A stretch of 64,000 nucleotides of DNA, taken from contig CBFFRP010000150.1 of assembly GCA_965644295.1 (NCBI GenBank), positions 186,001 to 250,000 of the forward strand, in the 5' to 3' direction. The notes under the pieces were generated by a model, which saw nothing but the letters and a program-made list of their open reading frames with translations, was not told the origin of the DNA and made no database searches. Positions 63,887 through 64,000 of the stretch are shown here, piece after piece. Each line of letters starts with the position of its first letter. The first letter of the stretch is position 1. This DNA comes from Paraphysomonas bandaiensis (lineage: Eukaryota; Protista; Chrysophyceae). Both the position numbers and the translations under genes were made by a program.

Positions 63887-64000
63887 TTACGGACTAGAAC
63901 TAGCGGCGGCCTTAACGTGTTTAGGTTTCTGTCCCTTCTTCAAGGCCTCCATATCTTCCTTAAACTTCGAAGTGCCCATCAGAGCTTGCTCAATAGATGC
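63887..64000 (-). CDS. 3' end of a gene extending beyond the window (..ASIEQALMGTSKFKEDMEALKKGQKPKHVKAAASSSP*)
   Basis: Open frame from the window edge to a TAA at 63887-63889, with coding-like composition. Confidence 0.55.
   Translation of the reverse strand, partial: ASIEQALMGTSKFKEDMEALKKGQKPKHVKAAASSSP

Noticed and set aside
1-64000. tRNA, rRNA or snRNA genes
   Set aside because: No cloverleaf/T-loop or rRNA signature recognised by eye. tRNAscan-SE and Infernal would be needed to exclude them.

Overview
Gene-dense eukaryotic nuclear DNA with many very short (about 43-60 nt) GT-AG introns. The gene content suggests a flagellated protist, probably a stramenopile; this is an inference, not shown by the sequence. 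I can reconstruct about 18 complete protein-coding genes plus one partial 3' end: TPR-glycosyltransferase, REEP/Yop1, PTEN, GT8, an unknown EF-hand-like protein, a divergent frataxin-like protein, a tail-anchored protein, a Pro-rich 10x60-aa repeat protein, a sterol desaturase/hydroxylase, an EXO1-like protein missing catalytic carboxylates, F-box-SPRY, an unknown helical protein, an N-acylated annexin, a Tudor-containing USP9X/24/34-like deubiquitinase, CHMP7, Hikeshi, a GYF_2/pseudo-DSP/LRR protein and PF6/SPAG17. Non-genic features are a 1243-bp non-autonomous hAT transposon (23-bp TIRs, 8-bp TSD), two ~450-bp (GTAT)n arrays, an unclassified GC-rich element and several dispersed degenerate repeats. 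The clearest window-scale pattern is promoter architecture: 16 of 18 genes sit in head-to-head pairs, the shared promoters carry TACA/GTAT repeats, and most genes have a very AT-rich first few hundred coding bases. Exon boundaries and family calls come from manual reading and motif recognition; no searches were run.
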